A DNA stretch of 61,659 nucleotides, filler included. It is 9 parts of 9 records of this genome, joined end to end, with 100 filler letters (N's around TTAATTAATTAA, not from the genome) between each part and the next. Parts side by side here need not be neighbours in the genome. Positions count along the whole stretch, not along the records: positions 29,312 to 34,554 come from SRR31147125_12095; positions 34,655 to 39,873 come from SRR31147125_12106; positions 39,974 to 45,354 come from SRR31147125_12177; 6 more parts are not named here. One strand, 5' to 3'. The position numbers and the translations under genes were made by a program. Under the pieces are notes generated by a model. The model had not been told where the DNA came from and ran no database searches. It saw only the letters and a program-made list of their open reading frames with translations. Every line of letters starts with the position of its first letter. The first letter of the stretch is position 1. This document shows, in pieces, positions 32,004 to 42,935 of the stretch.

Positions 32004-32206
32004 TTATTCTTTGGCTGCATTCACAACACGGTGAACGTCGGATAGACATCACCTGCCTCCGGATGTTTAGACGAACACCGACAGGTTCCTTTCTGTTTCT
32101 CTGAAATGATTTTGTCGAGGATGCGCGACTCGCCACCATGCTCAAGAACATCATTTCGTATGCCAGTTTCGGAATATTGGAAGCAGTAGCAAACTATTTT
32201 AGCCAT
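32004..32206 (-). CDS. small Cys-rich metallochaperone-like (BFD / CopZ-N-terminal-like) protein, probable selenoprotein; 1-nt frameshift near 32057
   Basis: VCYCF...C.C...HP.G motif; +1 nt gives HPEGR-TGA-CLSDVHRVVNAAKE*, i.e. the family CC pair with TGA (32049-32051) at the first Cys. Confidence 0.7.
32018..32037 (-). promoter_or_regulatory. bacterial SECIS-like hairpin
   Basis: mRNA CGUUCAC-CGUGUU-GUGAAUG, 7-bp stem (one G-U pair) starting 11 nt after the UGA, G at loop position 2. Confidence 0.6.
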
Positions 32207-32281
32207 CTAGATCTCGCTATTAGTCCAGGTAGGGATAGAGAACATAGCGCCTCCTGCTCAGAGATACAAATAATACGAGAT

Positions 32282-33226
32282 TTAAGAATAAGTCTTTACG
32301 CATTGCGCTCCAGATGTCCCATGGACCTCTATAGTAACGTGGTCGAACGTTCTCCCTAACTCACCCAGCAAGCCTTTGTAATAGTCCGGCGGTTGCGGGC
32401 AATGCGCCACAATAGACAAAATCAATGCAAATTTATTGGAACTTATTCTCCACAAATGAAGATCTACCACCCGATTATCAGAAATCTCTTCTATGAGAGC
32501 ACGAATGTTTTTTGTCATTTCCTGGTTGTCGTCTCGATCGAGAAGTATCCCGCTAGTATCACGCAGCAAACTGTAGGCCCAACGACTGATGACAACTGCT
32601 CCAACGATCCCCATCGCTGGATCGAGCCAGACCCACCCCATAAATTTCCCAGCCAGCAAAGCAACAATAGCGAAAACAGATGTCAGGGCATCGGCAAGAA
32701 CATGCAGGTAGGCTGCTTTTAAATTGTGATCATGATGATGATGGTGACGACCGGAATGGTCGTGTTCATGCGAGTGCCCATTGAGTAGAAAAGCGCTAAC
32801 AAGATTAACGATCAACCCGATTACGGCAACCATTAGAGCTTCGTTAAACCTAATCGCTTCAGGTGAAAAAAAGCGTTCCACTGACTCAGCCCCCATCAAT
32901 AAGGCTACAAACACCAGGACAATTGCACTGGAGTATCCCCCAAGGACATCAACTTTTCCGGTACCAAAGCTGTAGTTGGGGTCGTCTTTATGTTTGCGCG
33001 CAAACCAGTAGGCAAAAGCAGTGATCCCGAGAGCAAAAAAATGGGTTCCCATGTGCCAGCCATCTGCCAACAAAGCCATCGAACCGGTGAACCAACCAGC
33101 AGCAATTTCAACAACCATCATGACCAGCGTCAACCACATGACCCGATGTGTATTACGCTCAGCAGAGCGGTTGTTGTTATGTGTCTGGTGTGAATGCTGC
33201 CATTTTTCTATGTTGTCCTTATACAT
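32282..33226 (-). CDS. dmeF: CDF-family Co/Ni efflux transporter DmeF-like
   Basis: SMALLADGWHMGTH, FGTGKV, His-rich loop, HDHNLKAAYLHVLADALTS, DLHLW, HVTIEV. Confidence 0.88.
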   Translation of the reverse strand: MYKDNIEKWQHSHQTHNNNRSAERNTHRVMWLTLVMMVVEIAAGWFTGSMALLADGWHMGTHFFALGITAFAYWFARKHKDDPNYSFGTGKVDVLGGYSSAIVLVFVALLMGAESVERFFSPEAIRFNEALMVAVIGLIVNLVSAFLLNGHSHEHDHSGRHHHHHDHNLKAAYLHVLADALTSVFAIVALLAGKFMGWVWLDPAMGIVGAVVISRWAYSLLRDTSGILLDRDDNQEMTKNIRALIEEISDNRVVDLHLWRISSNKFALILSIVAHCPQPPDYYKGLLGELGRTFDHVTIEVHGTSGAQCVKTYS

Positions 33227-33304
33227 TTTAAATTCTTTCGAGTAACTGAGTCAGGTGGTATCGCGAAACGGCAGAATGAACGTGTCGAGCAAGTTCTAAA
33301 TGTT

Positions 33305-33344
33305 AAAGAATAGCCCGTGACAAAAATAACACAGGCTATTCTTT
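33305..33344 (-). terminator. intrinsic terminator
   Basis: aaagaatagcc...ggctattcttt inverted repeat after the 33354 stop. Confidence 0.65.
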
Positions 33345-33353
33345 TAAATCGAT

Positions 33354-33842
33354 TTACTTATTGTCGTGGTGCATGTGGTAGGTGCGGCCTTTACCATCTT
33401 CAAAACGACTTCCAATCTTGAAATGGTACATTCCTTTCTGGTCCAGGGTGATATCGGCTCCGAACGCCCCGTCCATTCCCATCATCATAATCGGTTTGCT
33501 CACTTTACCGTCTGGGGATTCAATTTTGACAGCGACTTTTCCTTTCGCCAGGACCATGCCATGTTGATCTTTAAAGCCGACCATGATGTGGTGAGTCATT
33601 GACATGCCGTGCTCGGCCATTTTTTCTTTCACATCCATCATGTGGGCGGAACCGGTCACGCCATCAATGGTTTCATCCTGCAGCATAATCATGTCACCGC
33701 CCATGGACATACCGTCGCCATGATCCATGCTTCCGTGGTCCATCTTGGAATGGTCCATGTTCGCGTGATCCCCCTGTTTCATCGCCATGGATGCAACTGG
33801 GATCACCAGGATAACGATCAGTACCAAAAACGTTTTCTTCAT
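33354..33842 (-). CDS. periplasmic His/Met-rich metal (probably copper) binding protein
   Basis: AAGGAG RBS, signal peptide MKKTFLVL, MDH repeats (MDHSKMDHGSMDHG), THHIMV, downstream of cusA. Confidence 0.7.
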   Translation of the reverse strand: MKKTFLVLIVILVIPVASMAMKQGDHANMDHSKMDHGSMDHGDGMSMGGDMIMLQDETIDGVTGSAHMMDVKEKMAEHGMSMTHHIMVGFKDQHGMVLAKGKVAVKIESPDGKVSKPIMMMGMDGAFGADITLDQKGMYHFKIGSRFEDGKGRTYHMHHDNK

Positions 33843-33900
33843 TCTTTTTCTCCTTTGATTAATGAGGGCAGATGCCCTGTCATGTGGTATGAACCCGTTT

Positions 33901-34554
33901 TCAGGTTTCATGCAATTCTTCTTTGGCTGTCGCTCGCAGGCTCTTGTCCAGTTTGTGACCGCGCCATAGGTAGAAAATAACCGGATAGACCATCAGCTCC
34001 ATGATGCCCGAGGTGACTACCCCGCTGACCATCGGCGCAGCGATCCGCTTCATGACGTCGGCACCGGCACCGTGGCTCCACATAATCGGTAGCAGGCCGG
34101 CGATGATGACGGCGATGGTCATCACTTTGGGACGAATCCGCTTGACCGCACCGTGATGGATCGCCTGTTTCAAATCGCCGAGGTTATTCATCCGGCCGTT
34201 ATCGCCCCACAGTTTGTGCGCCAGATCAAGGTAGAGCAGCATCACCACCCCGGTTTCGGCATCCAGGCCCGCCAGGGCGATCACCCCGACCCAGACCGCT
34301 ACCGACATGTTGTAATCGAGCAGCCAGAGGAACCAGAAGGCACCGACCAGCGAGAACGGCACGGCAAGGAAAACGATGGAGGTTTTGATGACCGACTTGG
34401 TGCTGGCGTAGATGATGACGAAGATAATCAGCACGGTCAGCGGGATAATCACCATGAAACGTTTCTTCGCCGATTCCATATACTCGAATTGACCGCTCCA
34501 GACGATGCTGTAGCCAGGCGGCAACTTGACCTGCTCGCCGACCAGCGCCTGTGC
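33901..34554 (-). CDS. cusA: CusA/CzcA heavy-metal RND permease, C-terminal part
   Basis: WSGQFEY, PFSLVGA, GVIALAGLDAETGVVML, GAVKRIRPKVMT, MKRIAAPMV. Confidence 0.93.
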   Translation of the reverse strand, partial: AQALVGEQVKLPPGYSIVWSGQFEYMESAKKRFMVIIPLTVLIIFVIIYASTKSVIKTSIVFLAVPFSLVGAFWFLWLLDYNMSVAVWVGVIALAGLDAETGVVMLLYLDLAHKLWGDNGRMNNLGDLKQAIHHGAVKRIRPKVMTIAVIIAGLLPIMWSHGAGADVMKRIAAPMVSGVVTSGIMELMVYPVIFYLWRGHKLDKSLRATAKEELHET

Positions 34555-34654
34555 NNNNNNNNNNNNNNNNNNNNNNNNNNNNNNNNNNNNNNNNNNNNTT
34601 AATTAATTAANNNNNNNNNNNNNNNNNNNNNNNNNNNNNNNNNNNNNNNNNNNN
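34555..34654. other. artificial contig linker
   Basis: 44 N + TTAATTAATTAA + 44 N. Confidence 0.99.
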
Positions 34655-35333
34655 AAAAACGGTGCAGCAAAGCGTCGATCTGATTCAAAAGATCAGGCCG
34701 CTGAGTATGGTGTCGTATATCCTGGTCCTCTTTCCCGGGACAGCGATTTATAATGAGTGTGTGGCGCAAAAAACAATATCCTCCACTGCCTGGGAGAAGC
34801 GCGTGGAGGATATTCCCTGGTTTGAAGTGGATCCGAATCTCAATTTCGATCAGGTCAGACAGTTCGGCAAACAAATTCGGAAAGAATTTTACGCCAAGGT
34901 GCATCGGTTTGCCCAAAAGATCGAACTCGTCAAAGATAAAACACTTTACCCCTTTCATGCCGATTTTCTATCCAGGCTTGCCATGACGTTCAGCCATGGA
35001 GAATATGCCGCTCACCCGGATGTGATGCAGCAGGATCAGACCGCTGAAATTCTATACCGAAAGGCGCTGAGGTATGCCCATGATCCCAGAGCCTACCTGG
35101 GCTTGGCCATGCTCATGCAAAAGAGAAAAGACTTTCCATCGGCGGTCTCGGTACTGGAACCGGCATTGAACCGCTTTCCGGCCCATCAACAGCTCTGTAT
35201 CTGCATGGCTGTCAGCTTGATGAATATGGGCCGGTTCAAACCCGCCCTCGATTATTTAGAGCCTTTTACTCCCCACCCCGATGTAATGCCTTACGTTGAC
35301 GTCTGTCATCAGAGGCTGAAAGGAACAAGTTAA
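34655..35333 (+). CDS. C-terminal part of a radical SAM protein with TPR tail (5' truncated)
   Basis: T.QQS.DL...I.P....YIL..FPGT.IY resembles the end of B12-binding radical SAM domains; helical TPR-like repeats follow; CxxxCxxC not in window. Confidence 0.55.
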
Positions 35334-35336
35334 ACC

Positions 35337-36566
35337 ATGACTTTACTCAAGCAGATTGTCAACCGGAAAATGCTCGTTTCCCTGGTCATGGGATTTTCAT
35401 GCGGCCTCCCCTTGCTGTTGACCATTTCCGTTCTTCAGGCATGGATGAAAAAAGAGGGCGTTGACCTGACGGTCATCGGAATTTTTTCTCTGGTTGGACT
35501 GCCTTACACCCTGAAGTTCTTATGGGCACCTCTGTTTGATCGGTACACATTACCGTTCCTGGGAAGACGAAAAGGGTGGTTGTTGACAGCGCAACTCTTG
35601 TTATCTACCGCCATCATCCTTCTTGGCATGTCGAATCCGGTAAAAGCCCCATGGATGGTGGCGTTTGTCGCATTTCTGGTCACTTTTTTCAGTGCGTCAC
35701 AAGATATTGTGGTGGATGCCTATCGAAGAGAAGACCTTTCGGATGAAGAGCTGGGATTGGGGTCTTCCATGTATATCTACGGATATCGCGTCGGGATGCT
35801 TCTGGCGTCGGGTGGCGGACTCATTTTAGCCGATCACATCCCCTTTTCCTGGGTCTATTTTATCATGGCCCTCTCGCTTATTCCCGGAATGGGGGTCGTA
35901 ATCATGACGCCGGAGCCGCCGACGGTGGAGGGGCAACCGTTGACCTTGCGCCAAGCCGTGACGGCGCCTCTCATGGAGTATTTCTCTCGAAAAGATGCCG
36001 TTATTATTTTACTGTTCATTTTATTCTACAAAATCGGCGACTCCATGGCATCGGCCATGACCACCCCGTTTTACATGGAAATCGGTTTTTCCATGACCGA
36101 AATCGGGACTGTGGTGAAGCTTTTCGGATTCTGGGCCACGTTAGGCGGCACCTTTGGGGGCGGGATCTTAATGCTGAAGTTGGGGATTCATCGTAGTCTA
36201 TGGATTTTCGGTATTCTCCAAGCGCTATCCACGGTATGTTTTGCATGGCTTGCCATGGTCGGCCACAACCTTTCCCTTCTTTCCGGAGTGATTGCTTTTG
36301 AAAACCTGTCCAGCGGCATGGGGACCGCCGCCTATGCCGCGTTCATGGCTTCAATGACCGATCGCCGATTTACCGCCACACAATACGCACTGCTCTCCAG
36401 CCTCATGGGGATGCCACGGGTAATGGCATCGGCCCCCACTGGATTTTTTGCCGAATATCTTGGATGGGAAGGCTTTTTTATTGCCTGTACATTGGCCGCT
36501 ATCCCAGGGTTATTACTCCTCTACATAATCACGAGGGAGAGCCGGCCTGTGGAAAGTAGGATATAG
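35337..36566 (+). CDS. ampG: AmpG muropeptide MFS transporter
   Basis: GFSCGLP, PYTLKFLWAPLFDR, GRRKGW, SASQDIVVDAYR, TATQYALLSS. Confidence 0.93.
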   Translation: MTLLKQIVNRKMLVSLVMGFSCGLPLLLTISVLQAWMKKEGVDLTVIGIFSLVGLPYTLKFLWAPLFDRYTLPFLGRRKGWLLTAQLLLSTAIILLGMSNPVKAPWMVAFVAFLVTFFSASQDIVVDAYRREDLSDEELGLGSSMYIYGYRVGMLLASGGGLILADHIPFSWVYFIMALSLIPGMGVVIMTPEPPTVEGQPLTLRQAVTAPLMEYFSRKDAVIILLFILFYKIGDSMASAMTTPFYMEIGFSMTEIGTVVKLFGFWATLGGTFGGGILMLKLGIHRSLWIFGILQALSTVCFAWLAMVGHNLSLLSGVIAFENLSSGMGTAAYAAFMASMTDRRFTATQYALLSSLMGMPRVMASAPTGFFAEYLGWEGFFIACTLAAIPGLLLLYIITRESRPVESRI

Positions 36567-36583
36567 ACTTTTAGGACAATATT

Positions 36584-38750
36584 ATGAAAAAAGAGACAAC
36601 GATTTACACCCGTCAGATCGCCGGTCGGATTGAAAAAGAGAGAAAAATGGCTGCGCTTCGCGCGGAGGTGCTGGCACAATCGCCGGAGAAGGCTTTGGAT
36701 GCCATCCTCGATGCACCGTTTCCTACCCGCTTGATTCAGTCTTTTCCGGATCAGGATCTTCATTTTCTCATGCATCATATTGGTGAGGATGATTTTCTGC
36801 CGGTTCTATCCCGGGCAACATCTGAGCAGTGGGAGTATCTGTTGGATGCCGAAGTGTGGCATCAGGATCGGCTGGATCCCATTGGAATGACGCGTATGTT
36901 GGCGTTGCTGTTTAAAGCCGATCCCCATCGTCTGCTGCGATGGAGTATCACGGAGAAGCCCGATTTTTAGAGTACTTTCTCTTTCGACATCTTGAGATCC
37001 GGGTGCGTGAGCATGACGAAGATCCTTCGACCTTTGGAGAAGGGTTTGAGACCATCGACTCTGTGATCTATTTTCGATTTCCGCATACCCTTGCACGTCA
37101 ATCGGATGAAATTGATGCAGAGGATGTAAATACAGGCAGGTTAAACGGATCTGAAAAAGCAAGAGGAATGAGTGGGAATGATGAGCAAGAGAGTGCGGTG
37201 GATTTGAAGGCTGAGCTCATCAAAAATGCCCACGCATCGGAACTCTTGATAACCGAAATGTTGGGCGCACTGGCGGATATGGATATGTCGGTCTATCAGG
37301 GTGTGATGCTGGAAACATCCTCGGTGCTTCCGGCGGAAACCGAAGAAGAGCAGTTTCGCCTAAGAACGGTTCGATTGGCGGAAAAAGGATTTTTGCCCTA
37401 CCACGATGCCGTGGCCATTTATCAACCATTGTCGACATCGGATTTGACCCATCGCCCCTCATATTACCTGGAACACTCCCTTTATGCAGATGCGCTGCCG
37501 CTGCCGCCGCAATTTGCTTTTTCATCGTCCGAGTCCAAGAATCTTTTTGTCGCATCCCTTGCAAGGATTGATTCGGATGTAGCGGTCAACCTACAGGCGG
37601 AGTTTGCTTTTCTTGTCAACGCCGTGATCTCCTCGGAAAAGGAACCGGTGCGCTCCATTGAGGATCTTCAAAAAAGCGTTGATACGTGTTGTTCCTATTT
37701 AAGTCTTGGACTTGAAAAAATTCATGCCGAACGCTTTTCCGAGCGAAGCGCTCGATCAGAGAGTGCGCCATCCGACCAATACGGAGATTCCTTTTCATTG
37801 GAAGCCGGTGCGGCCGTTATTCAACGCTATCCCCTTAAAGAGATTTTTCGCGTTGGGTCCGGTGTCTCAATGATTTTGAAAATGCGAATGACGGAATGGC
37901 TGAGCAAAAGCTGGATCATGATGAATCATCTGAAGCTCACCTTTCTGGATGAGCAGTGGATGGGCGTTGCCGGTGGCTTGCTTTTGGATCGCCCCCTTTT
38001 CTTTGATAATTATAAAACCGGAGAGCTCTATCGTCCTTTTGGATCCCTTGCTGAAATTGACCGAACATCAGAGCAGGTGGATGCAATTCTAGCGATGGAT
38101 AAGCTGCTTGGACAAATACGACCCGATCCGCTCTATCTGGAGCGACCGTTTGTCACGTGGAAGGCTCTCCTTCTAACCACGTGGGTAAAGCAGCGAATGG
38201 GGCTTCACTCTCAGGACGGAGTCAGGCTGACGAAATTAAAATCCCAAGTTGATGATTCGTCTAAATGGAGTGATCTGCAAGACAATCCATTTATTCCTTT
38301 TTCCAGATTTAAACCGTTCTTTGGCCAGCTTTTTTATCAACCTGGGCTAGAGCGGAGCAGCGATATTAGCGGTCCTATAAGTGCCGGCGATAATCTCAGG
38401 GAAAAGATTGAGGGGGCAGTGAAAAAAACGGAAAAATCAGCGACATTGTCCGGAATGATTTTTTCGGTTGGCTGGAAGAACAGGGAGCGGCGCTTGCAGA
38501 AGGGCTGACAGATGATGCCGTTCATGGGTCGCCGTCACCATCTTCATCTGAAAAAGATGATGACGCTCATGGGGAGCAGATACGAAAGATAAGAGATAGC
38601 GGGCGCTGTCGTCGCCGTGGTTATGGAGAGATCATCCGACAACTGATCCATGCACTGTTTGATGAGCTGGAGGATGAATACGGCGTTGTCCCGGAAAATG
38701 AATTGAATGCTGACTTGATCACCCATTTTCTCTTTGATCGAGAGAGATAA
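36584..38750 (+). CDS. DUF6178-family protein; frameshifts near 36965 and 38425
   Basis: IGEDD.L..L..AT.EQWEYLLD.EVW..DR, E.EEEQFRLR..RLAEKGFLP; a third frame continues to ...LFDELEDEYG...THFLFDRER* at 38750. Confidence 0.7.
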
Positions 38751-38861
38751 CCGGAGATAGGCATGAAGTCCCTTTCCCCCGATTCATTTATAAAATCAAG
38801 AATTGGGGGAGAGCAATTTCCAAAGGGAGCTCGTGAGCTTTGGTATTCAAGATTTTGAAAG

Positions 38862-39701
38862 TCAGAGAGTAAACTCCATTCCGCACGCCACCCCGAAACA
38901 TTCCATGGATTTCCCTTTTTTTGTCACCATCTCTTTGCAGTTGGCTACCATCCGATCCATTTCGTCGTCGGTTCGTTCCTGGTTGATATGAAATAATCCC
39001 AATCGTTTGACGCCGGCGTCCAAACCAAGGGCCAACACATCGGTATAGGTGGAGTGCCCCCAACCTGTTTTTTGGGGATATTCATCTGGTGTGTATTCCA
39101 TGTCATGGAATAGAAGATCCGCCCCCTTGCAAAATGCCGTATATTCGGCAATGCTTTTCCCGCCCGGATGGTTAAAGGTGATTTCGTTATCCGTTAAAAA
39201 CACGAAAGACTTCCCCTTTTCAGTGAAACGATACCCCACGCCGCCGCCCGGATGGCTGAGCGGTATGGTGGTGATGTCGATGGAGCCGATGGAAAACTCC
39301 GGAGCTGGGTTGTCGTTATAGATCACCTTGGCTTGCATCTCTTTCATGGAGACTGGAAAAAGGGGAGGGTTCATGATGTTGGCGATCACCTCTTTGACGG
39401 AGACCATGGAAAATTTATAGTTGTTGATGCTCAAGGTGACGTTGGGGGATTGAAGGGGCTTGAAGAATGGAAAACCGGAAATATGATCCCAATGGGTATG
39501 GGTAAAAAGCATGTAATAGTGGGATCCGCTGTTGAGGGACAGAATCAATCCTAATTTCCGTAATCCGGTACCGGCATCGACGATAATTGTCTCACCGCTT
39601 TCAGCTTCAATTTGAAGACAAGTTGTCTCTCCTCCGTATCTGACATATTCTTCGCCGGTGACGGCAATGGATCCCCTGGACCCCCAGCATTTGATGTACA
39701 T
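38862..39701 (-). CDS. MBL-fold metallo-hydrolase (phosphodiesterase-like)
   Basis: WGSRGSI, YGGETTC, DAGTG, THTHWDHISG, SHPGG, TDNE, GWGHS, LFH. Confidence 0.9.
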   Translation of the reverse strand: MYIKCWGSRGSIAVTGEEYVRYGGETTCLQIEAESGETIIVDAGTGLRKLGLILSLNSGSHYYMLFTHTHWDHISGFPFFKPLQSPNVTLSINNYKFSMVSVKEVIANIMNPPLFPVSMKEMQAKVIYNDNPAPEFSIGSIDITTIPLSHPGGGVGYRFTEKGKSFVFLTDNEITFNHPGGKSIAEYTAFCKGADLLFHDMEYTPDEYPQKTGWGHSTYTDVLALGLDAGVKRLGLFHINQERTDDEMDRMVANCKEMVTKKGKSMECFGVACGMEFTL

Positions 39702-39873
39702 GCGATATCCTTCATTCCGGTAATAACAGCCATGGCAGGCGATCTGCCGTATCAACCCAAAAAGAACTAGAAGCATTCCCCAAGAGTTACATGAAAGTAA
39801 CGGATATGGCAAGAGTAGATGCTACAATAACGCATAAAACTCATGCGCCTTAAGCCGTGAAATTTTCATATAA

Positions 39874-39973
39874 NNNNNNNNNNNNNNNNNNNNNNNNNNN
39901 NNNNNNNNNNNNNNNNNTTAATTAATTAANNNNNNNNNNNNNNNNNNNNNNNNNNNNNNNNNNNNNNNNNNNN
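39874..39973. other. artificial contig linker
   Basis: 44 N + TTAATTAATTAA + 44 N. Confidence 0.99.
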
Positions 39974-40488
39974 TTTATTCCACCCGGATCGTGAGATCTT
40001 GAACCGACGCAGTGATGCGACCCGGAAACATAGCTTGTTCAAAATTGTCTTCCATTTTTAATCTTTTTCTATTTTAATTCAAAATCTTACAATTTGGATC
40101 ACTTTCAGGGGGAGCCCTCTGAACCTCGGTATCATGTTGTTATCATGGTGCTGCGGGAGCGGCAAGGAATTGACGAACAGGCCTGGGTATTTATTCCATT
40201 ATACGGAACGCTTGATATCAAAGAGTACACTTCAATAGCCACCACAAAACCAGAACAAACCGCCTCATTAGAAGACAAGAATTGCAGTTGTTGAAATTTG
40301 GCACATGCTATCATTACATAGGGGAGAAGAAGGAAATGAGGCGCTATAAATGCATACGCCGATGTGCACAAAAAGAGTCCATAGGTCAAACCTATCTGCT
40401 AATGTGAGATGTTTACGGCGTGACGTGGTTAGACCTTCAAGAGGGCTGCCTTCGTGATAATATGCTAATGGTTTTCGACCCGTCGAAG

Positions 40489-41351
40489 CTATTCCTTTTC
40501 GATGAATCCCCGGTAGAGGTGGGAAGTGCAATTTGGGCAAAGGCTATGACTGAATTTGGCATCCGTTCGGTCTTGAATGAAGTTTTCTATCCTCTCCCAG
40601 AAACCCTCGCCATCGCGTATCTTCTTACACTTCGAACAGATGGGAATGAATCCCCGGAGTGTCTTGACCTCGGCAAGGGCCGTCTGCAACTCTTCAATCA
40701 ACTTCTCTTTCTCGACCCCATGTCGTTTCGACTCTTGCAGGGCAGCATATTCGCGCCGTTTGGTACGATTGTTCGACCTGAGTATGGTAATGCCCAAATA
40801 GTTGAGAGGAATTAAAAAGAGGAAAGCGCCCACGAGTTCCAGGGTTTTAAACTCCAGAAATAGAGCGGAGAAGACAATGGCGCCCAACCCGAAGAAGATG
40901 GACGCAGCAATCGTCAACCGATACTGATTGTTGACAAACTGATAATAGACCAGGGTGAAAAGAATAGTGTCCACCCCTACGTATACCGCCGGCACCTTTC
41001 TGAATACGGCCATTAGAAAAATCGAAACAGGAATCAGCAGTTGAACAATAAACAGAAGCAATCTATAGCGCGCTACATAAGATGGCAGACGGCCGATATG
41101 CAGCGCTGTCAGCGCGATCACGCCGGTGGTGAAAAGCCGGATGACAAACAACAGGGCGAGGTAGTGCCCCTTTTTCCCGCCAGTATGTCAGCTGCAAAGA
41201 AGGCCATCCCCATAAAGGCGATCACCAGAAGGGTGCAGCGTGTCATGCTTTTGATCAATGGCCAATTGGCGTCAAGAAAAGCGGATTCCATGGTCCCTGA
41301 AGCGAATTCCCCGGAAAACCTGAGTGCATATGCATTGGTGGGCTCTGGCAT
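40489..41351 (-). CDS. multi-TM membrane protein with C-terminal CxxC...HxxCxxC zinc-ribbon domain; frameshift near 41170
   Basis: ORFs 41118-41351 and 40489-41151 join; hydrophobic helices, coiled coil, LRGFIPICSKCKKIRD..GFW...E.....FSHSLCPNC. Confidence 0.7.
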
Positions 41352-41594
41352 GGTCTGATATCTCTTTTTGAAATATTGCGATTAATAATAGATTACCTAC
41401 GGGACCACGGCAAACACGCCGCATCATCTTGCATGGCAATGCGGTGTCGCCCTTGGATGGCGAATTGAGTCGATCAGCGGTATGGTGGCATAAAAAGGGG
41501 ATGGGTGCCAACTTGATCAGCCCTACCTAACAGGTCCATCGGATAAGGTCAAGAGGGGCAGACAAGACGCCAACCGGGACATTGGATCAACACG

Positions 41595-42917
41595 TCATAT
41601 TAGATGGCCAGCAGTATTTACATATTCCCCGGAAAGCCAAAGTGTTATCGAGGGAAAAGCGACCAGCAGTGCGAGGGTTATGATATCGGCGATCAGAAAC
41701 GCAGTTATCCCTTTGAACAGTTGACCGGTCCCCAATTGAGGTCCGGCGACCCCTTTGACGACAAAACAGTTAATACCAATGGGAGGGGTGATCAGACCGA
41801 TCTCCGCGACCTTGACGAGCAGAATGCCGAAATAGATGCCGTCGATCCCCAACGATTCGATGACCGGGTAGACGACGGGTATGCTCAGGGCAATCATTCC
41901 CACTGCGTCGATGATGCACCCGAGCAGCATGTATAGAAAGAGGAGAAAAATCAGGATATAGATCGTCTCCATATCGAGGCCCATCAGAAAATCCGCGATC
42001 TCGTTGGGGACCCTGGTCAAAGCAACGAATTTGGCAAAAATGTGAGCACCGACCAGTATTAAAAAAATCATGGCCGTCGAGTTGGCCGTATCCTGCAGCG
42101 ATTGGAGAGAACCGGCCTTTTTAAAGCCGGCCTTGATGACCGCCACGATAAAAGCCGCCAACGCCCCAACGGCACCGGCCTCCGACGGTGTAAAAAGACC
42201 CAGATAGAGGCCGACGATAATAACAACAAAGATGACCGGGACGGCCCAGATCCCTCTGAGCGATTGAAGCTTTTCTTTAAGGGAGTAGACGATGGTACCA
42301 GGGCCCTTTTTCGGTGAAATCCTTAAAGCCAGCCACACGGCCACGACATAGATGGCAACGGACATAATCCCTGGAAAAACGGCAGCCACAAGAAGCTTTC
42401 CAATCGATAGCTCTGTCATGATCCCGTAGAATACCAAAAGGGCACTCGGTGGTATCAGCGCGGCCTGGGTGCCGCCGGCGGCGATGGCTGCGCCCGACAG
42501 CCCGGGATCATATTTGTGTTCAATCAATCGAGGAAAGGCGATTTTGGTGAAAGTGGTGGCCGCTGCCACGCTGGAGCCCGAGCAAGCGCCAAAAAGACCG
42601 ACACTCAGCGTCGTCGCGATCAACAATCCGCCGCGAACCTTACCCAGCCACTTGGCAGCGGCCTCGAACAGATCGATGGCGATCCCGCTATTGGAGATGA
42701 ACATCCCCATCAAGATAAATAGGGGCAGCACGGCAAGCTCAAACTTTGCCGTATGTGCCCATGAAATTGTTTTTAAAGCCGTAAATCCAACAGGCCCGAT
42801 CATATAGTAACATCCGGCCAGTCCAACGATTCCCATTGACAAACCCACGTGAACTTTCAACAGAATGAGCGCCAGCATGATTAAAAATCCGAACACACAG
42901 ATGAGAGTCGGGTCCAT
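41595..42917 (-). CDS. dctM: TRAP transporter large permease
   Basis: LPLFILMG, GSSVA, LIPPS, FTPSEAG, EIGLITPPIG. Confidence 0.93.
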   Translation of the reverse strand: MDPTLICVFGFLIMLALILLKVHVGLSMGIVGLAGCYYMIGPVGFTALKTISWAHTAKFELAVLPLFILMGMFISNSGIAIDLFEAAAKWLGKVRGGLLIATTLSVGLFGACSGSSVAAATTFTKIAFPRLIEHKYDPGLSGAAIAAGGTQAALIPPSALLVFYGIMTELSIGKLLVAAVFPGIMSVAIYVVAVWLALRISPKKGPGTIVYSLKEKLQSLRGIWAVPVIFVVIIVGLYLGLFTPSEAGAVGALAAFIVAVIKAGFKKAGSLQSLQDTANSTAMIFLILVGAHIFAKFVALTRVPNEIADFLMGLDMETIYILIFLLFLYMLLGCIIDAVGMIALSIPVVYPVIESLGIDGIYFGILLVKVAEIGLITPPIGINCFVVKGVAGPQLGTGQLFKGITAFLIADIITLALLVAFPSITLWLSGEYVNTAGHLI

Positions 42918-42935
42918 CTACTTTTCTCCTTACCG

